A stretch of 64,000 bases of DNA, from assembly GCA_048128005.1 (NCBI GenBank), contig JBEUKZ010000094.1, positions 1 to 64,000 of the forward strand. The letters run 5' to 3'. How positions within the stretch are numbered: position 1 is the stretch's first letter; each line of letters begins with the position of its first letter. Shown here in pieces: positions 38,001-53,000 of the stretch. The translations under genes and the position numbers were made by a program. The notes below the pieces were generated by a model. That model searched no databases. It saw only the letters and a list, made by a program, of their open reading frames with translations, and had not been told where the DNA came from. The DNA comes from Veleropilina oligotropha. Lineage: Eukaryota.

Positions 38001-41000
38001 TCAAGTTGAGACCGCCTGTGAGTGGAGAATGCATTGCTGCCCGTGCTGAGAGAGCTATCGAGTTTAGAATGCCTGTGAGTGGAGAATGCATTGCTGCCCA
38101 TGCTGAGAGAGCTATCGAGTTTAGAATGCCTGTGAGTGGAGAATGCATTGCTGCCCGTGCTGAGAGAGCTATCGAGTTTAGAATGCCTGTGAGTGGAGAA
38201 TGCATTGCTGCCCATGCTGAGAGAGTTATAAAGTTGAGAACGCCTGTGAGTGGAGAATGCATTGCTGCCCATGCTGAGAGAGTTATAAAGTTGAGAATGC
38301 CTGTGAGTGGAGAATGCATTGCTGCCCATGCTGAGAGAGTTATCGAGTTGAGAACGCCTGTGAGGGGAGAATGCATTGCTGCCCGTGCTGAGAGAGTTAT
38401 AGAGTTGAGAACGCCTGTGAGTGGAGAATGCATTGCTGTCCATGCTGAGAGAGTTATAGAGTTGAGAACGCCTGTGAGTGGAGAATGCATTGCTGCCCGT
38501 GCTGAGAGAGTTATAGAGTTGAGAATGCCTGCGAGTGGAGAATGCATTGCTGTCCATGCTGAGAGAGCTATCGAGTTGAGAATGCCTGCGAGTGGTGATT
38601 TCACTGCTGCCCATGCTGAGAGGACTATCGAGTTAAAAACACCTGCCTACTTAGATATGCCATTGACCACATCCAAGAAGCTTTGCAATAGCTGCATCTT
38701 TTCTCTGTGTCGCCTCTCCTGACGCTCAACTTCCAGCTTCTGATTTTTCTCCTGCCTTTCAATGAAGTTTTCTAACAGCATTACAATGTCTCCGGCGAGG
38801 TTGCTTAGACGTTTTGGTGGGGAGGATATCACCGAACTACTGTCACTGTCGCTCTCAGCCTCATCGTTGCTCTGAGATTTGTTTATGACCTGCCTTCCAC
38901 GACCTCTCTGAGGCAAGAATTTGTCCAGATTTGCTGCGTAGGAAGGGAAGGGCCTCTTTTTGTTGCCTGCTTTCACGTTGTATGCCTTTATGGAGTTGTA
39001 CGTATTTACAACTGTTTTCCATCGACCGTAACACTGGACCTCGTTGAAGCCGAAGCCTTTACTCCGGAGTTCGCTGGAGGCCAGAGCCCAGATATCCTTT
39101 TGAAGCAGTTCACCCAAGGTCACTTTTTCGACGTTTTTCTTGTACACATCCATGAGAATGTTGCTGGAGTCATTGCCCCAGTACACGCCAGAATTGCGTC
39201 CTTCTGTGGCGGATTCGTCCTCGGACGTTTCCAGGGATGAGACGTCATCTTCATCATCATCGTCAGACGCGTCCTGGCGATACCGCGCTGGACGGGCTCG
39301 CTTACGCGAAGAGCGCTCCCGGACTGAAAATAATGAGAATTAAACTGTATTAAAAGCGTTTTATCATATGTTATACAATAAGCAGTGGAAGTAACATGGT
39401 ACCCGTGTCAAAGGTCACCTCGTTAGGTTTAGTTAGTTACTTCATTTAGTTATTTTTAATTAGTTATTGCATTTACAACCGAGATAGCATGATCCCACTA
39501 GAGTCAAGCATTTGTGGTCACAGCTGCTTGTTACCAGCCCTGCCAGGAAAGTTTTTTCAGTATTTCAAAATGAAATTCTTGGGTTCCCCTCACTACAGAG
39601 AACAGACATGTGATTGTCACATAATGATTATAGCTCTTCATGTCGACATCGAGCCAAATTCAAACACCATAATAAGGAATGGTCCTCCATACTTTTTAAT
39701 TTAATGTCTATATTGAACTGATACAAATATGACACTATCGGTGATTCCTAAAGAAATATGTATCAAAATCAGAAAACAGAGTGCCAACATAAATTGGAAA
39801 TACAATTTAGTATAAATCCTCATAAGTTGGTTACAATGCAAAGTTACGAAATAAGTTGAAGCCAACATTTACTGTTTTTTAATTGTAGCTAATATTTTAT
39901 AATAATTTAATGTAGACAAATTCCGTTATAGATGGTGCATAGGTAAACAATACCAAAGAAAATTTAACAATCTTCAGGTTCATACCAAGTCTTGTCCATA
40001 GAATCTCGGGAGGAAAGCCCCATAGCCCTGGGAAAACCCAGCTCTCTGGCCTGTTAAGGACAGGGGTGCATCACTTACCTCAACAGCCATCTTGAATCGA
40101 CGAAAATCATTAGCTGTTATGTCCTCATCATAACTAATGTGCATATCAATTTTGAATCAAATCTGATTAGAATCAGTCTTTTGACTGCCAAGGGCACACA
40201 AGTAATCTCAGTCAGCGGCAGCTAAATGTTGACTAAACCTTACTATCCCCGACTATTGTCTGGGGATACAATAATATAGTAATTGTTGACGCACTTGAGT
40301 TTTCCACTTTGGCCTGTCGCCTCGTCATTGGTCGATGCCCTGGAGTCGATGCCGTCATTGGCTGATTGCTGTCTCCTGTGGAATCTGTAGATCTTGATGT
40401 CCTGAGGCTGAGATTAGGGATAAGTTTCACTGGCCTTGGGATCTCAGGTGACACTACGAAGAAAGAAATCCATCATATAGAACATAATATTTTATAAAAA
40501 AGCTACACTAGTATATATAAAAGAAATCAAATTTAAAAGAAGAAACGCAGACAGGCACAAGCACCATATGTGACTGGGATTATTATGACAAAACTTTTTT
40601 TATTTCAAGAGCTAAATTACAAACGTACTATTTTACTGCATAAGTGTACTTATTATTATTATAAAATCAATGCTGTCTTTGTATGTGAATGAATAAAACA
40701 ATGATACATTATCGTCAGATTTCATTGAATAACCAATAATGTAAAAACAATCATATAATATATGTGATATAAAAAGGCTTTTCCAATCGATATCCAAGAC
40801 CAAGTAATCATCAAAGGGACACATTTATATGGAATAGTGAACATTACATGGTTACTTATTATTACATAAATACGTTACCAGTACAAGTGAGATTCTTAAA
40901 TATGTCAACACAGTGCATTATAACAAAGCAATGCCAAGACATAATCAGCAAAGGGTGCCTGAACACTTTTGCGACTTACTTTTGGACCTCAAAATCCAAA

Positions 41001-44000
41001 ACATATTTGTCATACTCTAACTATCGAATAAGTCTTAGGTGATTTGGAAATAAAAAACAAACATCAAATTTTCGCCACTACCGCTCGAAGATTTCTACAA
41101 TTCACAACTAAAAATTTCACTGCCAAATTAAATATGTGATAGGAAATACTTTAAAATAATTTTGATTTGAATCGGTTAGATTTACGACAAGTTTAATTTT
41201 TTAACTGTACTGTAGCCGGAACCCTGGATTACTGTATCTCTCCGATATACAGATGCTGTGTGCAATGGATGCGAAGTACTTGACAAACATTCCTAGAACA
41301 CTAAAAATCGAACACAGGTATCTAACGTGTCGTCATGTTCCGAAATCATAATCACTAGGTCACGCATGCTGCCCCGCAGGGAAATAGATCAGATAATCGA
41401 CATTGTTCAATATACTAAACATAAATGAGATATTAATTGTTGGAAATGTGCTTTGCCTTTTTGTGATTTTTGACCGAAAAATGTAATCACTATTTCTCCT
41501 GTTATCTCACACAAAGGTTTCATGCAATATCTCAAAGAAATAAATAAACACAAAATACAAGGCAGGAGAAACAATTGAGCAATACCCGTCCACTCCCTCT
41601 GAAGATGACTTCGTGGCAGATGGGGCTTGGTCATTCAACCCCATCATAGTGATCTTTGGGCAAGGAAATAACACCTAGCTTTTTAATATGAAGTAAATAA
41701 TCTCACTTGAAAAAAGAGAAGTGCAAAGATGGACAGAATACGCTAACAATATGATCACTTATCATTCAAAAATGGTTGGAACTCGAAATATAGCAACTGC
41801 AACACAAAAGTGATCAATTTAAAATTGACACCAATAACGAAATTCAGAATGAAAATGATATTAGCCCATGTTCAGAAAATAGGATTGGATCGATTCTTAA
41901 TGTCCTGTATATTTACAATCTTTAGGTTCAAACCAGGACATGTCCATATTATCATGAGAGGAAAGCCTGGTCGCCTGGGGAATCACGCCGTCTCTGACCA
42001 GTTAGGCTGTGTTAAATTGATACTTTGTATCTTGTCCCGCTCGCTTCAGCCGCATTGCTTTTCAACACCAAAAAAAAATTGAGGTTTTTTTGGGGCAGAC
42101 ATTATTCATGTGATGCAAAAGATCGCTGTCTGTAGTTTCCATCCCCAAATTTTTCATACTTTTAGTTTAATATGGATACAGAAGTTAGAAATATACCGGT
42201 ATTGTAAATTTATTGGCTGTTATGTGTTCACCTGTTACCACTGCTCTTTGTTGATTGCCTCCTTGTAATCATCACTGCTTTCATATATATTTTAATTGTA
42301 ATTGAATCAACATGAAAGACATTTGTTTTTGGAACACCGTCTCTCTGTGCCAGCTTAATAAATGACACAATTATTAATGAAACAAATGACTCACATTTGC
42401 AAGTTAAATCTAACAATCTCTGGCGAGGGAGGGAGGAATGATGCTTAATGTCCTGTATATTTACAACATCGAGGTTCAAGGCAGGACATGTCCGTGTTAT
42501 CGCGGGAGGAAACCCCGGTCGGAATCAAGCCAGTGAATTTAGAGTGGACACTCTTACCCACTGCGCTGCCGAAGCAGCCTCTCTGGCATCTTCTACTAGT
42601 GACTAGTAGTCTAACATTCAAAGATGATGAACAATGTTTTATTGCTGAAATTTGTTGATGTGGTCACTAACCAGAAGTTAATCATTCATCTGTCATGAAG
42701 AAATAGGAATTATAGGGTATTCGTTGTAATATGCACATACGTAAGGCCCATGGTCAGAATATTCTTATTCTAGAACAAAATGTTGTGTGGAAATTGGCTG
42801 TTGTGTTGTGTTGACCGCTTTGGTTTACCAGAATCATAGGACAAGAAACAAAGAATCAATTTAACACAGCCTTACGGACAACTGTGATTGGTAACTGAAC
42901 AAAGAATGTCATTGCCCCAACCGAGGTTCGAACGCATGCACTCCTGTTAGTCAAAGCAGTGAAGCCAGTTATTTCAGAGTCGGAACTAGAGACCACACGA
43001 ACACCAAAGTGGCCTGTTCAGAAAATAGTAAATTCTTTCTCAAAATAAGTTATGAATACCAGCATTAAATATTCTGGATCACCAACAGGTCTTTGTGTCA
43101 TCTTGTAACATAGATGATGCTCTGGGTTATAATGGTGATTTCCTCTTCCATTTCAGCAGAGTTGAATTGTCTTTCTTCAACATACATTAACTTTCAATCA
43201 AAATAAATAAAGAGCTAAGAAAAAGAACCTTGCTAACCAAAAAAATCTGTTTTTCACCAGTTGGAACAAAAGAAAAGACCTTGAGTTTCTGAAATAAAAA
43301 AAATCAATATTCTCTGTATATTGATCGAAGTAGGATTTTTTAAATGTATACATATGTCAGAGACAAGTGTGCCCCGCTCAGACAAACCTACAACATTCTG
43401 AAGACAACAAAAACATGATATTTAACTTAAGAGTGTTCAGAATTACTAGAATGAGTGAGCAACCTCGCAAATAGGTAAACAATGCTAACTAATACTAGGA
43501 CAAAAAAGTACTATGTTAAAAAGTGATAAAAGTTTAACACATACTCAATTTTAGGCAAAGGATATACAAATGACAACTGTATAACATTTAACAGATTCAC
43601 TTTGATATAAAATATAGACAAGAGTTAAAGCTCGAAATGCCTCGCATGCATGAAACTGCGCATCAATCACTTATATTTCATGAGTATTGCGTCTACATTC
43701 AAGAGTAGATGACATTGTCAATTTGAATTAGACATATAAAAAGTTGTATAGAAAGCAAAATTTTCTAAGTCCAAAATTGCTATTTATATGCAGAATTTCA
43801 GTAATATTGCTTTCAATATTTCTACTCTAGGGTTCTAAAGATGACAATGAAATAGTGATATCTGACAAAGGAAGATGCCAAAGTATGCCTATTGTTGCAT
43901 ATATAGCATGCTTGAGAAACTTTGACGAAAATTTCAAAGTCTAAAAGCAGTATTTTATGGTAAAATTTGAATTAAACTAGACTTATCACAGAATTTACCA

Positions 44001-47000
44001 AATGCCCCCACAAAAGCACTTGACCCAGGAACAGGATGTCGCAGTGACCTACACACCTTTGGGATATGAAGCATGCACACATCAAGTTTCGTGTCCCTCG
44101 GTCAAATAGTATGGTAGATATGGAGTGGAAAGGAATTTTGTACCGAATGTGGTCAAGCGTGGAAAGTAGGTCACAGTGACCTACTTTTGGTACGCAACAC
44201 ACTTTTGTGGTATGACGCATCCGCACATCACGTTTCGTGTCCCTCGGTCAAATAGTATGTGAAAATATTGAGCGAAAGGGAATTTCGGACCAAGTGCGAT
44301 CAAGCGTGAAAAGTGGGTCGTGGTGACCTACTTTTGGTAAGCAACACACCTTTGGGTTATGACGCATCCACACATCAAGTTTCCTGTCCCTTGACGAAAT
44401 ATTATCGTAGATATGGAGCGGAAGGGAATTTGCAACAGACCGACAAGCAAACTCCTATTATTTCATATCAATGCCAGAGTATTAGGTGATATCCATATAA
44501 ACAATACCAAGGCAAACATATTCCAAAATGTGATTTTAGTACCCAATATCCACTAAATGAAAAACTTTAACCAAAATTTCCATGTCCACACACCACTTTA
44601 TTTTCATTAATTATAATAAAATTTATTCCATATTATTGCCCGAGTATCAAGTGACATCCATACAACCAATAACAAAGCATATATATGCCAAAAAGTGCCT
44701 TGAGCAAGCCATATACAATTGATGAAATACTTGAACTGAAAACTTTAACCTAAAGTTCACCTAAATTTCTATGTCCTAAAAGACCACCATATTTCCATTA
44801 ATTATAATAAAATTTATTCAACATCACTGCCAGAGTATCAGGTGACATCCATACAACCAACAACAAAGCATATATATGCCAAAAATTGCCTTGAGCAAGC
44901 CACATACAATTGATGAAATACTTGAACTGAAAACTTTAACCTAAAATTTGCCGAAATTTCTTATGTCCCAAAAGATCACTATACTTCCATTAATTATATT
45001 AAAATTTATTCAATATCACTGCCAGAGTATCAGGTGACATCCAAACAACCAATAACAAAGCATATATATGCCAAAAAGTGCCTTGAGCAAGCCATATAGT
45101 ACACTTGATGAAAAACTTTAACCTAAAATTTGCCTAAATTTCTATATCCCAAAAGACCACTATATTTCCATTAATTATATTAAAATTTATTCAATATCAC
45201 TGCCAGAGTATCAGGTGACATCCATACAACCAAAAACAAAGCATATATATGCAAAAAAGTGCCTTGAGCAAGCCATATACACTTGATGAAAAACATTAAC
45301 CAAGATGACAAGACGACGCCGACAACGCCGGAAAAAGCAATCCCTTAGTCTCGCTTTCCTTCGGGGCCAGACAATAAAAACATGCATACTGTTGCTTATA
45401 TAGCACGATTGAGAAACTTTAACCAAAAACTTTAACAGGAGAACCAATTGTTGACCAATGACCAGACGACATGCACATTACATAGACTTGCATTTGCATT
45501 GCATGCGAGCCAAAAACACCATCAGAACTTCAACAGACGATTTAGTAAATGATAAACAGCATGAAAATGACAAGATTTTAAAGGTCTTTGAACATTCGGA
45601 TAATTTATGATATTTTTAGAATGAAATTTGTGTCAAACCAGTATCATTACAGAAATGTATCTCGATGGAATTAACTTTGAAAACAATTAGATATCTATTC
45701 TTATTTTAACCCTCTGATCGCTTCTGGTGCCGGACAGCGACAACAGTGCAAGCATTGTAAAAGAATTCAGCATTCATGGGGTTAAGGACCCTTTAGTAAT
45801 CAATATAAATCTTCGCAAGTTTTTATAAATCCCAAACATACTGCTTGTGCCCACAATAAATAATTGAATCACTGTTAATTGATTCTAATGGAAAATATTA
45901 TTATTAAATGATATATTACGAGTGCTGACCGGTAATGTGATGGATGAAGCTCTGGCCCCGCTTAATTTGCTTGACTGCTCTGATTAACAGAGTTTCAATC
46001 CTCAAATGCGTACGTTGTTCCATGAACAGTCACAGCTGTCCGTATCTGGCCGCCATGGTTCCCATGACAACCGGGCTTTCCTCCCGCGATAATATGGACA
46101 TGACGTGATATAATCCTGCACCGTGACGGTTCAATACGGGACGTTAAGCATCGATCCGAATAAAACCAATCAAACATATTCTTCTTAATAAAGTACATGA
46201 AAATTCATAGAGAATTGAGATACAGTTTAATACTTACCAGGCTAACAGAATTAATGACAGCCACCATCAGATGAATCGGTGATATAGTCGCCATTGCATT
46301 TCTTTGTGGTAAAACAGCATCATTACAAATTTCCTGGACCACTCACGAAGATAGTATAAATCTAGCTACATGTACAGTACATATAATGTATTTGATGTAA
46401 TTATAATATACTGTCGTTCGATCTATTCATATCATTCATTGTATTGCTTGAGAGCTTGTTTAGGGGGGCTGGATCGATGCTTAATATCCAGTTTAAACAA
46501 CACGTCAGGTTCTTACCAGGAATATCGAGATTTGGGCATGTAGACCTCATGAATCGTGACAAGTAGGTGAATTGAAGAACTGTACATGGTGTACTGTGGA
46601 CGGCAGTCTGGTTTGGATTAGATCGCTGCTTGATGTTCCAATTGAACACCCTTTGCCATATCAGCACATGTCCATATTATCACGTGAGGAAAGCCTATTC
46701 ACCCAAAATACTCGCCCACATCGACCAGTTATATATGCCACCGTGGCTCAGTGGTAGAGGCCTGGCCTCGCCTGCATCGACCAGTTATATATGCCACCGT
46801 GGCTCAGTGGTCGAGGCCTGGCCTCACCTGCATCGACCAGTTATATATGCCACCGTGGCTCAGTGGTCGAGGCCTGGCCTCACCTGCATCGACCAGGTTT
46901 ACGTGGCAGAAGCAATTGTGTTGCAGGAGGACAAGCCAGGGACTCATAAGTCTCAGCGGAAAATTTCCAAAGATCTGGGAATTTCATGCTCATCAGTTCA

Positions 47001-50000
47001 GAACATTACTAAAGAATTTGAACTAAAATCTTTCAAACGCTTAAAAGTTTCACGGCGGGATAAAACAGTCAAACAAACAAGAACCACGGTCCGATATGTC
47101 TCGCCCTGTAAATATATATATCAATGTATCAGAAAATTCCATTCAATGAAAAACTTTAACCGAAAATGACACGACGCCGCCGACGACGAAAAATGTAATC
47201 CCTAAGTCTCGCTTTCCCTTCGGGCGAGACAAAAAGGAAGACCCGTTCAAAAAAGTTATACAGCAGGTATTCCAAACAGGATGCGAAAAGACTTGTCTTT
47301 ACGGACGAGAAAGACTTCACGTATGAGGTGGCATGTAACCGCCAAAACGATAGGGTGTACGGAAGGAAGAAAGGGGATATATCCACCACAAGACTGTAGT
47401 ACCATGAAACATGAGGTTTTAATTTAAACCTAATATTAGTATAAAACATACTTACGTCCTTACTCTTGCCATAATAGTAATATTATTGCTAACCGGAAAC
47501 AGTGAATAAGTCACATTATGCACTATTAATAAGTCAAAAACGCAAAAACGTACCACGGTTACCTCCCCTGCTCCCCCTCCCCTACGTTCCCCCGCCAGAT
47601 CTCGCCAAGTCTCGCGAGACTTCTGAACCATAGAAGTCACAAGACCTCAATTCAAAGTTCAAAAACCACAAAGGAACGTAGTAGAGGGGAGGAATGCGAA
47701 ACGCAGGGTGGGTAATCGTGGTAAGGACGTAAGTATGTTTTATACTAATATTAGGTTTAAATTAAAACCTCATATGTAGTTACAAACATACTTACGTCCT
47801 TACTCTTGCCAGAATAACCTTGGATAGGTGGGTAAGACGTTCCTTACAACAAACCCAAACAAGATAATGACTTACTTGTCACCAATTCAATCAGCATGAA
47901 GCGTCGATTGTGTCCGCCTAGAGTGGAATTTTACTGAGTATTATATTCTACTCTTACCAAGCGAGAATTTCGACCAGTGTTACCGGGAGAATACGCCGTG
48001 GTATTAGTCGGACGAGGTGAACGGAAGTGCAATCAGCCCCAGGCACGGCCGGAAGGATAAATCCCTGTAGGTCTTACGTGTCATGGACCAGTGGCAGCCA
48101 AATGGGACTCCGGGCCTATAGGCCGGTAGCCAGAGGATGCAGTCGGATTTGTAAGCACACGGAACCTAACAGGTTGTGAAAGCTTTAAATCAAAAGCAAA
48201 GAATTAATAGATTATTATAAATAATCGATATTAATAAGTAATTCGCATGACCAACTTGCGAACGCTAACATGGACGACATGTCACTTAAAATAAATTTTA
48301 AGGAAGCAAAAATGTTCGACATGTTACTTAAAAATAAATGTTAAGGAATCAAAAATTTTCAATGTATTGAACATCGTATGTTCGATTACAGCAAAGAACA
48401 TAATAATATTGAACCTCAATCTTTTTTAAGATTTGTGCAAAATTATAAAAGTTGTTTTATTAAATTCAATGTAATCTGGCTGTCAACACTCAGGTCTGAC
48501 ATGAAAAGTACAAAATCTTAAAATAGATTTAAGAAATGAACAGACATTGAACTGCCTCATAGGTGTTAATTTCATAGCACCGTTTGGCCAACAAAAATAA
48601 AATGGCATCAGTAAATATGCAAATGATCAATCAGAGAACAATACTTACTGGTTAGATGACCTCGGTCTAACAATAACTCTTTGTGCAGCAACACACTGTA
48701 AACTGCTCAAGCCATCAGCACCTGTTGAGTAGTCCCGCAGATAATGTTTTACAAACACATTGGCGTGTTTCCAATAACCTGCTTGAAGTAACGCAGTGAT
48801 ATTCAAACTATGTCGGAAGGCAACAGATGCAGCAATAGCCCGGACCTCGTGAGCGCGGACCGATAAAATAGTGCGGTCTTCGTTGTCACAGCGGATGTAT
48901 ACATCTCTCACTGTCTGTGAAATCCACCGCGAAACAGTAGTCCTCGTAATGTCGCGGGTGTAGGTGGGCAAATACGATATGAATAAACGTAACTTTCCCT
49001 GCCGCAAATCACGGGTTCTGTCTAGGTAGAACCGAAGCGCCCGGACCGGGCAATTGAAGCGGTCTGTGTCGCGCCTTCCGACTAGCGTTAGCTTGGGGAT
49101 AACAACATCGGGTGCGTCCTCGTTCGGCCGTTGGTTCTTGGCTAGAAAGCCCAGAATAGGACGCAGTATCACCGACCCGTCTGACTGGAATCGTATATCT
49201 CTTAGCTCGGAGGAGAAACCATGAATCTCGGAACAACGCCTGCCCGACGCTAAGGCGATCAGAAAAACCGTTTTGTGCGTCAAGTTCCTCATGGTTATCT
49301 CGGACATCGGCTCATACGGGGGTAAGAGTAATGCGTTAAGAATAAGTACGATATTCCAAGCAGGTGGCTTAATTTTCCGGGTCGGTATCTCGAGTTCGTA
49401 AGATCGTATAAAATCTGATATCGTTCGGTCGCTTGATAGGCCGGCATGGGCACGACACTGTTTTAACGTGGTCGCGATCGTTGCCCGATAGCCTTTGACG
49501 GCGGACACTGACATACCGCGGTCGAAGAGCGACGATAAAAACTCGATAAACTTGTTCACAGGGGGACGGAGTATATTGACCTGCCTGCTGTGACACCAAT
49601 CCACGTACTTAACCCATCGGTAGTCATAGACTTTTGTCGTGGAAATCCTTCTCGATCGGTAGATACGTAAGGCTGTAGCTTTAGAAAATCCTTTCTTAGC
49701 AAGGGATCGTTCGATAACCGCCAGGCGTGTAAACGTAAGTGGTTCGGCGACTCGTGGAGAACACGGGTGCGTGGTTGCATTAACAGGTCTAGTTTCTTGC
49801 GGTAACGCTAACGGTCGATCGACGATCAGATCGAGGAGGGTCGGAAACCAAGGTTGCGTGCGATACAGGGGCGCTATTAGCGTTATCTCGCAACGTTCGG
49901 TCGCTGCCTTCTGTAATACCAGTGATAGAATGCACGTTGGGGGGAAGGCATACGCGGACAGATTCTCCCATGTCATTGACAGTGCGTCGACCGCTAGGGC

Positions 50001-53000
50001 GGCCGGGTCTGGGTACGGGGAGACATACAGAGGTAGTCGGTAATTGAATTCTGTTGCAAACAAATCGACTTGGGGTTGCGACCACCGGCGGCAAACATCC
50101 CGAGCTACTCGGCTGTGTAGCGTCCACTCTGTGTGTATTATCTGTGATCTCCGAGAGAGCGAATCCGCTCTGACATTCAGCTTTCCCGGGATGTGTCGGG
50201 CTCGAATCGTCGAGTTGAGGGACATCACTAAGTGGTGTAGGTCTATTGCTCGGTCGCATAGGGGACGCGAGCGAGTACCGCCCTGGTGCTGTATGTAAGC
50301 GACGACAGTCGTGTTGTCCGTGGCGAGCATTATGTGCTTGTTGCGGAGATGTAACGAGAGGGACCGTACTGACAGGAAGACGGCTTCTAACTCTAGGAAG
50401 TTGATATGTCGTCCCTGAAGGTCTGTCGGCCATAGGCCTGATGTCTCGTAACTGTCGAGGTGACCACCCCAGCCGTCGTTCGAAGCGTCTGTGAACAGGT
50501 AAGCGTTCGGCTCTGGTGGGGATATAGGAACCGACTGGTCCGGCAAAGCGGGGTTCAACCACACTGCTGTCGTGTCGGTAAACCAATGCCGTAGATCGAT
50601 ACGATCCGTCCACTGCCCCGTCCGTTGTATCCAGCGATCCCTGAACGCCTGTTGTAACGGTCTTTTGTCCATGCGACCCGTCGGTAGCAGGGGCACTACC
50701 GACTCGATGTGCCCCAGGACAGTGGCCAGTTGTCGCGCCGTAGTTATGTCCGATGACAGGGTGTCTTGGATAACCGCGCGTAGGTTCCGCATGTATACGC
50801 TTCTGGGTCGGCTTCGCGGTGTACCGGACCGTATCGAAGTCGACTCCGAGGAACGTAAACGTCGTCGAGGGCACGAAGCAGGATTTTGTCTCGTTGATCT
50901 GAAATCCCAGGCGCTTCGTCGATGACAGGGTAAAGCTCGTAGACCGGAGGCACAGATCTCGGGACGCCCCGAGGATCAGCCAGTCGTCGAGGTACATATG
51001 TACCCTGTGCCCTAGAGAGTGTAGGAAGGCCCCTAGGGCCTGTACTGTTCTCGTGAAGACGTACGGGGCTGACGATAGACCGAACGGTAGGCACCTGAAT
51101 TGGTAGATCGTCTCCCCGTGTATAAACCGAAGGTACTGATGAGCCGTGATATGCATCGGGACATGCAGATACGCGTCGGCGAGATCGATAGACGCTGCCC
51201 AGTCGCCCGGACGGATGGCCGCTCGAATCTTCGAGAGGGTTTCTTGCTGGAATTTCTCGGTACGAAGATATCTGTTTAGGTACGAGAGATCGAGGATCGG
51301 TCTCCAGCGGCCATCGGGTTTCGGGACCAGGAAGAAATGGCTGTAAAATCCTGGTGTGCTGGGCGGCGCGGGATATATCGCTCTTTTTAGGAGCAAATCC
51401 CGCACTGCCTGGTCTAAGACCGCTTGTTTCTCTCCGTTTAGGAGGCGAGCGTGTCTTGTTGGTGGTGCCTCAGTTAAGGTCGGATGCCGGTTGAATGCCA
51501 ACTTGTATCCGGCACTCACGACTAAGTGGACCCAGTTGCTGTCTGTCAGCTCTAGCCATGGCTGGCTGTGTGCTAACAGGCACGCTCCCACCGGCGGGAG
51601 CGGGCAACTGGGGCCGTCGCGAATGCCGGCAGCCCTAGGGCCGAGGCTTCCCTCTCCCGCTCTGCTTGCGGGATTTCGCTGGAGGTGCTTGCCTCTTTGG
51701 AGTGGGTTTATTGGCCGGAGGCCTACCACCCGAAGAGGGCTTCGCACGCTTAGAAGGCTTCGGGGCCCGGGTGGGCCCTGAGCGCTTCCTCGAGTCGGTA
51801 GGTGGACCCCGAGTGGGGTGCAGTACTGCCTTCTCGATGGCACGGTCCTTCATGTCCGCCGCTCTCTTGTCAACGAACTCCGAAAAGTTGTCACCAAAGA
51901 GAGTGGTGGCCGAGCAAGGTACGCATCGCAACGAGCGCCGGGTGGGCTCGTCCAGCGAGGTACCTTCCAGGCAAGCATCCCTACGAAGTAGGAGGGCATT
52001 GCCCAGGACACGTCCCGTCTCCAACGCGCTGGTCTCCTGCGCGGCAGCAACCTCCTGGAGGAAGGACAGGGCAGCCTCGGGGGCGCCGGGTCCATCCTCC
52101 TGTAGTACGGCTATCGCGCCGTCCAAGAAAAAGTCCTGAACAGACGATAGCCGTAGAGCCCGTCGGGCGGCGCTCTCGAAAGCTTCCAAGGCGGACCAAG
52201 GAACTTTCGCTACGGAGGGAGTGTGACTGGCGGTCAGTCGACGCAACGAAGCGTCAACACGAGCCGGCTCAGTCGCCAGGCACGGACCAGTGCATTCGAA
52301 CGGGATCGCTCGAGTACTGGCCCGGAGGTACCTCCCACTACGGAACCCCGAAGGGAACTCGTTCAGCGGGGAGGACTCCACCGGATTGCGCCCCTGAACG
52401 AGCTTGGTGATCGAGTCTACAACCAGATCCACCAGCCCGGACTGAGGTAAGGAGGGGAGCTCGGGGGCTTCCCTACCAACAAACCGATGTGCTGCCGTCC
52501 TATGCTTGGCTACGTCTACAGCCGACCGAGTCGGTTCCGACAAGCCAAGCACCCCGCGAAGTGACGCAACGGCGTCGAGCCTTCGGCGGGTGGAGGAGGT
52601 CGGCTCCTGCGTGCCTGTAAGACTAATGTCTTCGGGCCCGACCGATTCAGGGAGGTCGGTGTGATTGGAACCGAGGTCCTCGTCGGAACGAGGGTCGATG
52701 TCCATCACTGAGGCAGGAGCCGTGCTCTGCGCCATGGGCAGATGTGTAGGGACCGGGTGCGGCTCGGGAGCCGTCGGCCAGGCCTTACACCGTTCCTCGA
52801 TCCCCGCCGCGATCCATGCCTGGACGTCCTCAAAAGAGAAACCCGGAGGCAGGACGGGCGACGAACTAACAGCCGGTAGTTCTGTCGAGGTAACCGTGGC
52901 GCTAGGTAGACGGGCTGCACGGACAGGTGGTACCGAGGACCAGGGTCCATGGGCACTTGTCGAGGGGTCGAACCCGAAGGACTGGCCCGAAGGCGCAGTC

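Noticed and set aside
45706..45785. TTAA-CCC...GGG-TTAA piggyBac-like mini element
   Set aside because: Only ~72 bp with a short imperfect TIR; could be chance.
46239..46333. Candidate minus-strand exon ending CTG|gtaagt
   Set aside because: Weak acceptor; the only open frame is phase 0, incompatible with the neighbouring phase-1 exons; no recognisable protein similarity.
46736..46890. tRNA genes suggested by GTGGCTCAGTGGTAGAG and scattered GGTTCGAA motifs
   Set aside because: No complete cloverleaf; the motifs sit in SINE heads followed by SINE bodies.
47452..47640. Identical 62-aa ORFs at 47452-47640 and 54681-54869
   Set aside because: A by-product of the DIRS inverted terminal repeats.
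47812..48644. Hammerhead ribozyme in the DIRS 3' region
   Set aside because: I did not find a CUGAUGA...GAAA core by eye on the element strand; an Infernal/Rfam scan would be needed to exclude other ribozymes.
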